A stretch of 64,000 nt of DNA from Candidatus Woesearchaeota archaeon (GTDB lineage Archaea; Nanobdellota; Nanobdellia; SCGC-AAA011-G17; ARS1403), in assembly GCA_018302705.1 (NCBI GenBank), contig JAGVZI010000012.1, positions 332 to 64,331 of the forward strand, written 5' to 3'. Shown one piece after another: positions 1 through 10,489 of this stretch. Made by a program: the position numbers and the translations under genes. A model generated the notes under the pieces. That model had not been told where the DNA came from, searched no databases, and worked only from the letters and a program-made list of their open reading frames with translations. Position 1 is the stretch's first letter. Every line of letters begins with the position of its first letter.

Positions 1-989
1 TAGAAAAAGAAAAGCCTGAAATTAAAAAAGAAAAAAAACCAGAGCCGGAAAGGTTTGAAATAGAAGATTTGCCAGTGGTAGATAAGAAAGAAGAAGTGAA
101 GAAAAAAGGTTTTGTTTCTAAATTCGCAGAGAAGATTACAACCAAAAAAATTTCAGAAGAACAGTTCGAGGAAATCTTCCAAGATTTGCAGATCATTCTG
201 CTTGAAAACAATGTCGCCCTGGAAGTTGTGGATAAAATAAAGGAAGACCTGAAGAAAGAATTGCAGGAAAAGCAGATTAAAAGAACCCAAATAGAAGCCC
301 AGATAAAAGAAGCGCTAAAAAAATCCTTGGAGGAGATTCTCACCCCGCCAGAATTCGATTTGATTAAGGTTATTGAAAAGGCTAAGAAGGAATCAAGGCC
401 GGCAGTTATACTAATCATCGGCTATAATGGTTCGGGGAAATCACTGACATGCGCAAAGCTTGCTAATTTCTTAAAAGAAAAAGGATACAGGCCGATACTT
501 GGAGCGGCAGATGTTTTTCGTGCTGCAGGCGCTATTCAGTTAGTAGAGTATGGTAAAATAGCAAATATCCCGGTTATTGAAAACCCAAAGACAAAAGATT
601 CTTGCTCTGTTATTTTTGACACGATAAAGCATGCAAAATCAAAACACTTTGACGTGGTTGTAGCAGATACTTCAGGTAGAATACAGAATAATAAGGATTT
701 AATGGACGAGCTCAAAAAAATTTCAAGGATAAATAATCCAGATGCAACTCTTCTTGTAGTTGACTCATTAACAGGCTCTGATGTAGTAATACAGGTAGAT
801 GAATTTGATAAGAATATTTCTGTTGATGGATTAATTTTAACTAAAATAGATGTTGATGAAAGGGGGGGAGCATTTTTATCAGCAGTTTACACAGGGAAGA
901 AGCCGGTATTGTATATCTGCTCAGGCCAAAGGCTTAAAGACATTGAAGAATATAGTCCGGAGAGAGTTATAAGTCAGCTGGGACTATGA
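1..989 (+). CDS. ftsY: Signal recognition particle receptor FtsY (5' partial; the reading frame is open to the window edge, and the listed start at 69 is TTG)
   Basis: NG domain with GYNGSGKS P-loop and DTSGR, ending LTKIDVDERGGAFLS; in-frame with no stop back to position 3 (EKEKPEIKKEKKPEPE is a charged A-domain tail). Confidence 0.85.
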   Translation, partial: EKEKPEIKKEKKPEPERFEIEDLPVVDKKEEVKKKGFVSKFAEKITTKKISEEQFEEIFQDLQIILLENNVALEVVDKIKEDLKKELQEKQIKRTQIEAQIKEALKKSLEEILTPPEFDLIKVIEKAKKESRPAVILIIGYNGSGKSLTCAKLANFLKEKGYRPILGAADVFRAAGAIQLVEYGKIANIPVIENPKTKDSCSVIFDTIKHAKSKHFDVVVADTSGRIQNNKDLMDELKKISRINNPDATLLVVDSLTGSDVVIQVDEFDKNISVDGLILTKIDVDERGGAFLSAVYTGKKPVLYICSGQRLKDIEEYSPERVISQLGL

Positions 990-1022
990 ACATTTATAAA
1001 TTAGTTTTCCTCTAAAAATTAG

Positions 1023-2366
1023 ATGGTATTAGATAACCTTTCAGTATCGTTAAAGAATTCGTTGAAGAAAATAACATCTGCATTATTTATAGATGAAAGG
1101 ACAGTAAATGAGCTGGTCAAAGAAATCCAGAGAGCGCTTTTAGCAGCAGATGTCAATGTCCAATTAGTTTTCGATTTAACAAACAAGATTAAGCAGCGCT
1201 TCAGGGAAGAAAAGCCGACGAAAGACCAGCCTAAGAGGGAATTCTTAATCCATATTGTTTACGAGGAACTAACAAATCTATTAGGGAGAGAAAAAGAAGA
1301 AATAACAATTCAGCAAAAGAAACCATTCAAGATAATGCTTGTTGGCCTTTTTGGTTCTGGGAAAACTACGACAATATGCAAATTAGCAAATTACTATAAG
1401 AAAAGAAATTACAAAGTAGCTGTTTTAGGTTTGGATGTTCACAGGCCGGCGGCAACTCATCAGTTAAAATTATTATCGGAACAAGTAGGGGTGCAGTGCT
1501 TTATCGATGAGAAAGAAAAAGATCCGGTAAAAATTTACAAGGAATTTGAAAGCCAGTATAAAAACTATGATGTCTTAATTATTGACACAGCTGGAAGAGA
1601 TGCCTTGCTTCAAGAATTGATAGATGAGATAGAATCTTTGAACAAAATAATCCAGCCAGATGAGCGTATCTTAGTAATCCCTGCAGAACTCGGGCAGACA
1701 GCTGAAAGACAAGCAAAGCAGTTTCATAAATCCTGCAACATCACCGGCATTATAATTACAAAAATGGACGGTACAGCAAAAGCAGGAGGCGCTTTATCAG
1801 CTTGTTCGGTTTCAGGTGCAAAGATAAAATTCCTCGGTGTAGGAGAAAGGCCAAATGACTTAGAAACGTTCAACCCGCCAAATTTTGTTTCTCGTCTGCT
1901 GGGCATGGGTGACTTAGAGGCATTATTGGAAAAAGCAAAAGAAGCAATCTCAGAAAAGCAATCAAAGGATATTGAAAAAAGATTGTTGAAAGGAGAATTT
2001 AATTTAGTTGATTTGTATGAACAGATGGAAGCCATGTCAAAAATGGGCTCTCTTTCAAAACTAATGGAATTAGTTCCTGGAATGTCCCAGCTAAAGCTAC
2101 CAAAGGAAGTTTTGGACGTTCAGGAAGACAAGTTAAAGCATTGGAAATACTGCATGAACAGTATGACTAAGAGTGAGTTGGAAGAGCCGGAAATCATTTC
2201 GGGAGAGAGGATCTCAAGAATAAGTAAAGGCTCCGGAGTTCCTACATCTGAAATCAGAGATTTGCTAAAGCAATATAAGATGGCCAAGAAAATGATGTCT
2301 TCGATAAAAGGAAAGGATCCAGAAAAATTGATGAGAAAATTCAAAGGAAGAATTCCTGGAATGTAA
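1023..2366 (+). CDS. srp54: Signal recognition particle protein SRP54
   Basis: N-terminal MVLDNLSxSLKNSLKK, GLFGSGKTTT P-loop, DTAGR, ITKMDGTAKAGGALS, and a Met-rich M domain at the C-terminus. Confidence 0.9.
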   Translation: MVLDNLSVSLKNSLKKITSALFIDERTVNELVKEIQRALLAADVNVQLVFDLTNKIKQRFREEKPTKDQPKREFLIHIVYEELTNLLGREKEEITIQQKKPFKIMLVGLFGSGKTTTICKLANYYKKRNYKVAVLGLDVHRPAATHQLKLLSEQVGVQCFIDEKEKDPVKIYKEFESQYKNYDVLIIDTAGRDALLQELIDEIESLNKIIQPDERILVIPAELGQTAERQAKQFHKSCNITGIIITKMDGTAKAGGALSACSVSGAKIKFLGVGERPNDLETFNPPNFVSRLLGMGDLEALLEKAKEAISEKQSKDIEKRLLKGEFNLVDLYEQMEAMSKMGSLSKLMELVPGMSQLKLPKEVLDVQEDKLKHWKYCMNSMTKSELEEPEIISGERISRISKGSGVPTSEIRDLLKQYKMAKKMMSSIKGKDPEKLMRKFKGRIPGM

Positions 2367-2406
2367 TTTCAAATAAACATTTAAATCTATTTTCTTTAAA
2401 TAAATT

Positions 2407-3543
2407 ATGAAGAATTTTCAAGCAAGAATAGAAGATAAGTTAAGGGTAATCTCAAATTACTTAGATTACTCTTTGTATAAAACAAGAAGATTATTTTCAA
2501 GAGAGCCTTCTTTAAATAATGTAAGAAATATTTTAGTTGTTGAGTTAAAAAGAATTGGAGACATTTTGGTTGCAACTCCAACATTTAGGGCACTAAAGAG
2601 AAATTTTCCTCAAGCAAATATAGATGTTGTTATCCCGCCAGGAATGGAAGAGGTTTTGTTTTCAAATCCAGATATAAATAAAATTTTAACATGGGATAGG
2701 GAAAAAATAAAAGAAGATTACAATGATTACTTACAACAAATCAAAGACAAATATGATTTAGGAATTATCTTACACAATGGAACCTATGAATTTTCAAAAT
2801 TACTAAAAGGTGCAAAGATTCCTTACAGGATTGGCTGCACTCGGGTTGGTTTTAGAGAGCCCAAAGGGTATTTCTTAACTAAACAATTGTTGCCAGATAA
2901 AAAATTAAAGCATAAAATCGAGGACAATTTAGATGTTCTAAAATTGATTGGTATAAGTTCTATCGAGGATAAAAGTCCGGAAGCATATGTTTCAAAAGAA
3001 GCAGATCTATGGGCAAAGCAGAAATTCAAAGAACACAAAATAAATAGCAAGGATTTTACTGTAGTATTCTCAGTTGTCTCATGGACGCATCCTACCTGGT
3101 TTAAAGAAAGGTTCGCAGAGCTTGCAGATAAATTAATAGAAGACTACAAAGCAAAAATAATTTTTTTAGGGACAGAAAAAGAAAGAGAATTTATTTATTC
3201 TGTAAAAGAGCAAATGAAACAAAGAAAAAATAATTACTGGTTCGGCCAAACTTCAATTCAAGAGTTATTTGCAATAATAAAAAGTTCTGATTTAGTTATT
3301 GGGATAGATTCAGGGCCAACAAATATAGCAGCAGCTCTAAATAAGCCGGTAGTAACTTTATTTGGGGCAGGGGACAAAACTATCTGGGCACCCTATTCAC
3401 AGAATTCAATTTCAATCCAGAAAGATGAAGTTTGCACAGCATGCATGAAGTCAGAATGCAAGTGGAGAGGCGATAGACATTTGGAATGCATGAAAGCAAT
3501 CTCAGTAGATGATGTTTTAAATGCAATTGATAGATTTAGATAA
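2407..3543 (+). CDS. GT9-family glycosyltransferase (ADP-heptose heptosyltransferase-like) with a Cys-rich C-terminus
   Basis: ILVVELKRIGDILVATPTFRALKRNFPQANIDVV N-terminus is typical of GT9; C-terminal GIDSGPTNIAAAL motif; C-terminal CTACMKSECKWRGDRHLEC. Confidence 0.7.
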   Translation: MKNFQARIEDKLRVISNYLDYSLYKTRRLFSREPSLNNVRNILVVELKRIGDILVATPTFRALKRNFPQANIDVVIPPGMEEVLFSNPDINKILTWDREKIKEDYNDYLQQIKDKYDLGIILHNGTYEFSKLLKGAKIPYRIGCTRVGFREPKGYFLTKQLLPDKKLKHKIEDNLDVLKLIGISSIEDKSPEAYVSKEADLWAKQKFKEHKINSKDFTVVFSVVSWTHPTWFKERFAELADKLIEDYKAKIIFLGTEKEREFIYSVKEQMKQRKNNYWFGQTSIQELFAIIKSSDLVIGIDSGPTNIAAALNKPVVTLFGAGDKTIWAPYSQNSISIQKDEVCTACMKSECKWRGDRHLECMKAISVDDVLNAIDRFR

Positions 3544-3946
3544 CGCCCTGCTCCCTCAAAAAGAGATATATCAGGATTATAATAAGTACAATAACAACAA
3601 TCCTTGGATCAATTATGCCTTTTTTGTTTAATTTCATCTTTTCCAAATTTGACATACGAGATTTCAAATCTGAAATATCTCTTATTATATTTATTGTGTC
3701 TTTGAAACTATTTAAATCTTTTTGCAACATCTTTATGTCTCTAGAATTTTCAATAACTTTTTTGTCTCTTTGAGAAGAAACATCTACTCTCCATGATATT
3801 AAAAAGAAGATAATGACTAGCAAGAATATACCTATAAGGATTAATATGCCTATAGTAGACTTTTCCCCAAAAAACGAACCTACAATTACCCCTATAAGAC
3901 TTACAAAAATTCCAATAGAGTTAGTGATAATGTCCTGCCTCTTCAT
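3536..3946 (-). CDS. Small membrane protein with a coiled-coil segment (hypothetical)
   Basis: Two hydrophobic helices flanking a charged, heptad-like segment. Confidence 0.35.
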   Translation of the reverse strand: MKRQDIITNSIGIFVSLIGVIVGSFFGEKSTIGILILIGIFLLVIIFFLISWRVDVSSQRDKKVIENSRDIKMLQKDLNSFKDTINIIRDISDLKSRMSNLEKMKLNKKGIIDPRIVVIVLIIILIYLFLREQGVI

Positions 3947-3998
3947 TGAAAATAAATACTTCGAAAATTCTTTTAAACCTATCTAACCTATAAATATC

Positions 3999-4418
3999 AT
4001 GAGAATAACTCTAATCTCAACTTCCAATAAACAAGATAAAGGACCGAGAATAATTGCCAGTTTTTTAGAAAAAAATAAGCACCAGGTTGAAATCCTTTAC
4101 TCACCTGAAAAGCCTAATTGTAAAGATTCTGGATTGATTGTGGTTTCCGCTAATGTTTCTACTTGTAAAAAGGCTTCAAAGATAATCAAGGCTCTTAAAA
4201 AATTAAATAAGCCAATTGTTTACGCTGGAATTTATCCTTCTTTATATCCAGCTGAAGCTATAAAAGAAACAGATTTAGTTATTTTAAAAAATCCAAAAGA
4301 AACTATTTTGGAATTAGCAAATAAACTGGAGAACTTTCAGAAGATTAGTGACATTCCAAATTTATGGTTTAAAACTAGCAAAAAAAGGATTAGTCAAGAA
4401 TTAAAACAAATATTTTAA
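3999..4418 (+). CDS. Standalone B12-binding-domain-like protein, possibly a remnant of a B12-radical SAM gene
   Basis: MRITLISTSNKQDKGPRIIASFLEKNKHQVEIL... is collinear with the N-terminal B12-binding modules of the rSAM genes at 6514, 23113, 50522, 57410 and 60789, but has no CxxxCxxC domain. Confidence 0.45.
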   Translation: MRITLISTSNKQDKGPRIIASFLEKNKHQVEILYSPEKPNCKDSGLIVVSANVSTCKKASKIIKALKKLNKPIVYAGIYPSLYPAEAIKETDLVILKNPKETILELANKLENFQKISDIPNLWFKTSKKRISQELKQIF

Positions 4419-4696
4419 TCAGAAGATTGATCAAGTTTTTCTAAATAAATTACTGTATAGCTTCCAACAGAGTATTCTTCATATCTAATATTTGCACCAA
4501 AGTATTTTGCACCGATCCCATCTACTTCCCCACCATGAAGATAAAATGTATTTTCATATCCCCCATTCGCGCCTAAATTCAATAAGCAGTTACCTTCTCC
4601 ATCATCGGTCTTTATGACAACAGCATTAAAACACTCAATTGGAGAAAGCCCCTCTAATGCTCTTTTGATTAAATCTTGTCTTTCGGAATCTTCCAT
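4415..4696 (-). CDS. Hypothetical small protein
   Basis: 93-aa ORF between convergent genes; no recognisable motif. Confidence 0.25.
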   Translation of the reverse strand: MEDSERQDLIKRALEGLSPIECFNAVVIKTDDGEGNCLLNLGANGGYENTFYLHGGEVDGIGAKYFGANIRYEEYSVGSYTVIYLEKLDQSSD

Positions 4697-4752
4697 ATTA
4701 TCTTTAATAGTTCAAACTAAAACCTTAAAACCCTTTCTTCTCTATTTAATTT

Positions 4753-5898
4753 ATGAAAATAGCCCACATCAACATGTTCTATCTTCCAACCTATGGCGGA
4801 GTAGAAAGAGTAATGCAGGAACTAGCAGAGTATCAAGTGAAACAAGGGCATGAAGTTCATGTTTTCTGCTGTGACTCAGACAAATATCAAAGAATAAAAA
4901 ATAAAGAAGAAATAATCAACGGTGTTCATGTTCATCGCTATCCTTACTGGTTCCGCTTATCATTATCAACTTTTATCTGGCCTTCTTTTCTCTGGAAGCT
5001 TCCAAAATATGATTTTGATATTCTTCATTCACATGTTTCAGGTCATTTGTACGTTTTGCTAACCGGAATAGTCTCTAAATTCAAGAAATCAAAACACATC
5101 CATACAACTCACTGTCCTTGGACAGATGCATTCCATCCCGGTATACTAAAACCATTTATTTTTCTTAATGATAAAATCCTAAATAAAATTTCGTTCAATT
5201 TAATAGACAAGATAGTTTCAATCACACCATGGGAGCATGAAATATTGCAAAAGTACACAGAGAAAGGAAAAATTGTTACAATTCCAAATGGTGCAGATCC
5301 AATTTTATATAAAAAGATCTCTCCAAACAATTTCAAGAAAAAATATAACATCAAAGGAAAAATAATTTTGTTCTTGGGGAGATTAAATCCGACAAAAGGC
5401 CCAGAAGTTTTAGCTAAAGCAGGAAAAGAAATTCTAAAAGAGAGAAGTAATTTGTCTTTTGTATTTATAGGTTCAGATGAAGGTAAAGCAGAAGAAGTTA
5501 GAGAGATGATTAAAGATGAAAAAAATATGCAATATATTGGCCCGTTAAACGGAAAGGAAAAAATAGCCGAAGCTTATCAAGCATCTTCTGTTTACGTTTT
5601 GCCAAGTTATCGTGAAGGGCTTCCACTAACTTTATTTGAAGCAATGGCATCGGGGTTGCCAATAGTAGCCTCTCCAGTAAACGGGGTTCCCTTTGAGATG
5701 AAAAATAACGAGAACGGGTTTTTTGTTAACTATGGGGATATAAATGGCCTAAAAGAGAAAATCTTAAAAGTCATTGATAACCCGAAACTGGCTAGAGAGT
5801 TTTCAAAAAACAACAAGGAAAAATCTAAAAATTATACATGGGATAAAATAAATGAGCGTTATCTAAAGGTTTATGAAGATGCCAAAAATAAGGATTGA
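4753..5898 (+). CDS. Glycosyltransferase family 4 (GT-B)
   Basis: EGLPLTLFEAMASGLPIVAS motif, about 380 aa, typical GT4 architecture. Confidence 0.8.
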   Translation: MKIAHINMFYLPTYGGVERVMQELAEYQVKQGHEVHVFCCDSDKYQRIKNKEEIINGVHVHRYPYWFRLSLSTFIWPSFLWKLPKYDFDILHSHVSGHLYVLLTGIVSKFKKSKHIHTTHCPWTDAFHPGILKPFIFLNDKILNKISFNLIDKIVSITPWEHEILQKYTEKGKIVTIPNGADPILYKKISPNNFKKKYNIKGKIILFLGRLNPTKGPEVLAKAGKEILKERSNLSFVFIGSDEGKAEEVREMIKDEKNMQYIGPLNGKEKIAEAYQASSVYVLPSYREGLPLTLFEAMASGLPIVASPVNGVPFEMKNNENGFFVNYGDINGLKEKILKVIDNPKLAREFSKNNKEKSKNYTWDKINERYLKVYEDAKNKD

Positions 5899-6463
5899 AT
5901 TTGACAAAGCAACATGCATTGGAAACAAAGCGTGCTTGGCAATGGATTTCAAGAGATGGAAGGATGTTGGGGACAAAGTGGATTTAATTGGCGGCAAAGA
6001 AGTCCAAAAAGATATTTTTATTTTAGAAGGGGATTATTCAGAAGACGAAGTTGAAACCATTGTGGAAGGAGCTAAAGTCTGCCCTGTAAATGCGATCGGG
6101 GTTAGAAATCTAGGCACAGGAGGGGAATTATTCCAAAGAAAAATAACAACTGAAAACATGAAAGAGGTAAAAGCCAAATACGATGATAGAAAAGAATTTG
6201 TTCTAGACCCAGCGGGATATTTTTTGATAAAGACAAATCCAAAGTCAAAGGAAATAGAAGTGGCTTTTTGCAGGGAGCCAAACATAGTGTCATTAAAAGT
6301 AACTGGGGAAACCCCAATAGAAATCTACCAAACAATAATTAACAAAGAAAAATTAAAAATAAGGAATGATCATTATGCATATCTGGGAAGAGAGTTGGAA
6401 AAAGCCTATATTGCATTGAAAAAAGGAGTAAAATATATACAGGATGATGAGTTGGAGTTTTAA
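5873..6463 (+). CDS. Single-cluster ferredoxin-like domain protein with an uncharacterised C-terminal domain
   Basis: IEFDKATCIGNKAC...VCPVNAI matches the mono-cluster ferredoxin pattern (C-x5-C ... CP). Confidence 0.45.
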   Translation: MKMPKIRIEFDKATCIGNKACLAMDFKRWKDVGDKVDLIGGKEVQKDIFILEGDYSEDEVETIVEGAKVCPVNAIGVRNLGTGGELFQRKITTENMKEVKAKYDDRKEFVLDPAGYFLIKTNPKSKEIEVAFCREPNIVSLKVTGETPIEIYQTIINKEKLKIRNDHYAYLGRELEKAYIALKKGVKYIQDDELEF

Positions 6464-6513
6464 ATAAGGCACAACCTTAATAAATTATAATCTTTCTCAA
6501 AAAAGAGGTAAAA

Positions 6514-8011
6514 ATGAAAATCTCACTACTTTCAACTTCGACTTTCCCTGCAGACCAGGGTTTAAGGACTTTATCAGCTTGTTTAAAGAGAGAAGGCCAT
6601 GAAGTAAAGATGGTTTTCTTGACTCTGCCTGAAAAGGATTATTCTCAAATTTACAAAAAGTCAGTTTTAGACCAGGTAGACAAAGTAGTTGAAGGATCAG
6701 GATTAATAGGAATTACAGCAATGTCATCTACATCAACCAGGGCAAAGCAGCTAATAGAATATTACCAAAATAAAAAAATTCCAGTTGTTTGGGGAGGCGC
6801 AGCTCCCACATTCTTTCCTGAAAAATGCTTCCAATCCTGCAACATTGTAGCTGTTGGAGAGGCAGAAGAGGCATTATTGGAATTAGCATCTAAATTGGAA
6901 AAAGGAGAAGATATTGCAAAAGTAAAAAATCTTTACATCAGGATAAATGGAAAAGAATTCAGAAATCCTGTACGAATTAATTCTGGAAAAAGGAAAATTA
7001 ATACAGTTCCAGCCCAGGCACCTAGGAACAATTATTTATTTCCAGACAGAAAGGGGCTGTCCGCAGGCATGCTCTTACTGCACTAATAATATTTTAAGGG
7101 ATTTATACAAGGGAAAGTCGGATTTGCTAAGAACACATTCGGTTGATTACGTTATAGAAGAATTAAAAAGGTTGCATGAAAAATTCCCGCATATTGATGC
7201 ATTTGATTTAAGGGACGAAACTTTCACAATTAGAGATATTGCTTGGATTCGAGAATTTTCAGAAAAATACATCAAGTCAGGAATCGGCGTTAGATTAAAA
7301 TGTCTGGCAGAGCCAGCTTCGATGTCTGGAGAAAAAATCTCAAGAGAGAAAATAAAATTGCTTGTAGATGCAGGATTAACCGATATCATCGTCGGGATTC
7401 AATCAGGCTCTGACAGAGTTAATAAAGAAATATATAACAGGTTCATCACAAAAGACCAGTTGCTAAAGGCAGCCCAGACTTTAAATGAATTCAAAGGAAA
7501 GTTAACAGTCATGTATGATATTATAACCTGCAACCCATATGAAAACCCAGAGGATATTTTAGAAACAATCACATTAGTATTGCAAATCCCCCCGCCGTTT
7601 TATACTTCAGTAAATAATTTAATCTATTTTGAAGGAACTCCGTTATACAGAAGGGCATTAGCAGACGGGATAATCAGGCAGGAGTCAGACACAGCTGAAA
7701 TGTTAAACTACTGGGATAGATGGCAGCACATAAAATTAAAAAAGAAAAATCCTTATTTAAATCTTTTACTAAATTTAATGCGGGGACCCGCAACAAAATC
7801 AAGACTGGGATTAATGCCCCGTAGCTTTGTGAAGTCTCTAATAAAACCAAGAATTGTATCCTTTAATTTAAAGAACGAAGTTCCGACAAAAGCAATTGGA
7901 TCAATGGTTTCATTAATGGATTACTTCAGAGAGAATATCGCAAAACCAATTTACAGGTCAATGCCGATTGAGTTTAAAACCTGGTACGATCAGGTAAGGT
8001 ATAAGGCTTAA
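6514..8011 (+). pseudogene. B12-binding radical SAM protein interrupted by a +1 frameshift (ORFs 6514-7086 and 6947-8011 overlap)
   Basis: The N-terminal ORF is the B12-binding domain; the second ORF carries CPQACSYC (CxxxCxxC). By alignment to the paralog at 57410, the join lies near 6975-6995. Confidence 0.65.
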
Positions 8012-8042
8012 TCTTTTATAATCTTCTAATCTTTATTTAAGT

Positions 8043-9125
8043 ATGTTAACAGATGCCTTAGAACCAAATGAAGAAGTTCTTTTAATTAGTACTGCGAGAC
8101 TTGATCCGGATAAAGGAAGATGTTTTGCTTGGTATTTTGGTAAGCCACGAGGTGTAGGCTCAACTCATACGTATATTCATCACCCAATTTATTCTGGAGA
8201 AAAAGTTCTTGTATTAACAGGAGAAGAACCGATTGGGGTCTATGGTCCGGGTCAAGCATTAAGAGAGCTATTTGGAGTAACTTTATATGAAGGTTACCCA
8301 AGATTAAAGCGTGTATCTGCAGTCAATGGGCAAATATTTGGTTCTGTGAATTCAGATACTTTCATTCCAGATGAAGATGGTTCTAGAAAAGGCCGCATAC
8401 CAGATAAACTTGTGAAACTTGAATCATGGCAAAATTTTCAAGATATTTATACACATAAATGCAGGATTATGGATATTTATGGTGATGAAGAAAAATTATT
8501 CATATTAGATTATGATCGAATTATGCCAGAGCATATAATCCTGCCACCCCAAATAATCACTTCTTATAATAATAATAGTGGAGAGGTTAATTGTTTTTGG
8601 GAAAAAGATAATTACAATTTTTACTCTTCAATCCATGCAGGAAGTACAAAAATTTTTTTAGGGGGGGTTGGAACTATTAATGAAATCGATAAGTCTTCAC
8701 ATTTAGCAATCCCAAGGTATCATGATAGAAGTATTTCAAATGCATTTGAAGAATTAGGAGAAATTCTTGAAACAAAAGATTGTCAATCAATCCATTTTTT
8801 TTCGAACTTAAAGAGACATCAATTATTATCCATAAAAAAAAGGCATCCAAAATTCTTTGAAGAAGCCAGTCTAAACGAAATTTTGTTTTTTTATTGGGAT
8901 GCTTTTACTGTAAAACACCTCACTGAATATCAAAGTAATCTTGTCTACTCTGTTGGAAGAAGCCTCTTTGTTTATGGAGAGCGTCAACCTATGCATACCT
9001 TTAGAGATAATATAACCGGTTTGGTAAAAGTCCCATTAGAAATGTTGGTTGAATTGGAAGGCAGAATGAATCTAAGGATGGGTGCAAGAATAAAGAAAGA
9101 AACAAGGTTGAGTTTAGCTGCTTAA
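8043..9125 (+). CDS. Hypothetical protein (360 aa) with no recognisable motif
   Basis: Long clean ORF with local GC slightly above its neighbours. Confidence 0.45.
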   Translation: MLTDALEPNEEVLLISTARLDPDKGRCFAWYFGKPRGVGSTHTYIHHPIYSGEKVLVLTGEEPIGVYGPGQALRELFGVTLYEGYPRLKRVSAVNGQIFGSVNSDTFIPDEDGSRKGRIPDKLVKLESWQNFQDIYTHKCRIMDIYGDEEKLFILDYDRIMPEHIILPPQIITSYNNNSGEVNCFWEKDNYNFYSSIHAGSTKIFLGGVGTINEIDKSSHLAIPRYHDRSISNAFEELGEILETKDCQSIHFFSNLKRHQLLSIKKRHPKFFEEASLNEILFFYWDAFTVKHLTEYQSNLVYSVGRSLFVYGERQPMHTFRDNITGLVKVPLEMLVELEGRMNLRMGARIKKETRLSLAA

Positions 9126-9829
9126 TCCTTATACGAGCTAGCATCTTTAACACCACTCCAGTAAAAGCTTTTTTTCCTCAGCATGCAATTCAAGCATTTA
9201 CCACAATGTATTAATCTTTTCTTGCTGAAATTATTTCCAATATAGCAGCTATACGTTAATTCAAAAGGAACTTTTAACTCTTCTCCAAGTTTAATCGTTT
9301 CAATTTTGTCTAAATTAATTAGCGGTGCTATAATCTTATAGTCTCCATGATGAGTTGCATCCTTAACTAATTCATTGATCTTATTTACAAATTCTGGAGT
9401 TGTATCTTTCATATGCTCTCTTCCTTCATTTTTCAGTCCGATTATAATATCGTACTTCTCTTTATTATTCAAGAATTCAGATTCAGCAAAAGCCAGCGCA
9501 TTAATTAAAAATATAGAATTCCTTGCAGGGACCCACCAGCTTAATATTTGGTTTCCAGTATTTTCCAAATCTTTCTCCGTAGTTTCTTTAAATTCAATTT
9601 TCTGATTCAAAGCAGCTCCACTTATTTTCCCAAGCCATTTCAAATCAACTTTGATAAACTCCGCATTTAGTTTTTCAGCAATTTTTCTAGCACAAAATTC
9701 TTCTTCTTTTAAGCTTCTTTGGTTGTAATCAAAAAACAGGGATTTTATTTTCTCATAACTGTCTTTAACACGATAGGCAGCAACTACACTATCTAATCCT
9801 CCGGAGCATAAAATTATAGAGTTTTTCAT
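9122..9829 (-). CDS. queC: 7-cyano-7-deazaguanine synthase QueC (PP-loop ATPase)
   Basis: SGGLDS PP-loop, WVPARNSIFL, C-terminal YSCY...CGKCLNC zinc motif. Confidence 0.65.
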   Translation of the reverse strand: MKNSIILCSGGLDSVVAAYRVKDSYEKIKSLFFDYNQRSLKEEEFCARKIAEKLNAEFIKVDLKWLGKISGAALNQKIEFKETTEKDLENTGNQILSWWVPARNSIFLINALAFAESEFLNNKEKYDIIIGLKNEGREHMKDTTPEFVNKINELVKDATHHGDYKIIAPLINLDKIETIKLGEELKVPFELTYSCYIGNNFSKKRLIHCGKCLNCMLRKKSFYWSGVKDASSYKD

Positions 9830-9882
9830 GTTTTAAATTTACATAAAAAACCTTATAAAACTCTCTTAAGTATTTTTAGAGA

Positions 9883-10269
9883 ATGATAAGCAATAAAATC
9901 GTCAAAAAAATCCTCAAAACTTATGGGGAAGCTTGGATAGAGCAAGACATAGGCAAAATTCTGAGTATTTTTGCAAAAGATGGAGAATATTATGAGAGGG
10001 CATTTCAAGGGCCATTTAAAGGACATAAAGGTATTTCAAAATATTGGCAAACTAAAGTTGTTGAAGAAGAATCCAACATAAAATTTAAACTCCTTAATTA
10101 TTATGTTTGTGGAGATGTTGTAATCGCAGAATGGGATGCCTCCTTTGATAGTAACATAGAAAACGCAAGGATTCATATTAAAGAAGTTGCCATTCTGGAG
10201 ATAAATAAAGATAACAAAATAAAGTCTTTAAGAGAATATTGGCAATCTGAAAGTTTTCCATTAAAATGA
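9883..10269 (+). CDS. SnoaL/NTF2-like fold protein
   Basis: 128 aa with alternating hydrophobic pattern and W/Y content typical of NTF2-like cone domains. Confidence 0.4.
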   Translation: MISNKIVKKILKTYGEAWIEQDIGKILSIFAKDGEYYERAFQGPFKGHKGISKYWQTKVVEEESNIKFKLLNYYVCGDVVIAEWDASFDSNIENARIHIKEVAILEINKDNKIKSLREYWQSESFPLK

Positions 10270-10457
10270 CAATCGTAGCAGAATTGAAAAAAGGAGATAA
10301 AGTGATCTTAGACGGAGAAGTCTTGATTGTTGAAAACATTGAATTCTCTAAAATTGGGAAAATGGGGAAATCTAAGTGTAGATTAGAAGCGCTGAATAGC
10401 AAAAAGGAAAAAAAGGTTTTTATTTTGCAAACAGATCAAGAGATTGAATTACAATAA
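10266..10457 (+). CDS. aIF5A-like protein, N-terminal SH3-like/KOW domain only (63 aa)
   Basis: ELKKGDKVILDGEVLIVENIEFSKIGKMGKSKCRL aligns to aIF5A [35 protein letters not shown], including the hypusine-loop region; the C-terminal OB domain is absent. Confidence 0.5.
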   Translation: MTIVAELKKGDKVILDGEVLIVENIEFSKIGKMGKSKCRLEALNSKKEKKVFILQTDQEIELQ

Positions 10458-10489
10458 TCTTTAAAACTCTTTTTTATTCTAATCTTAAC

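Noticed and set aside
1724-2344. Minus-strand ORFs 1724-2035 and 2120-2344 inside srp54
   Set aside because: Fully embedded antisense to a well-supported SRP54 gene; low-complexity translations; no independent signal.
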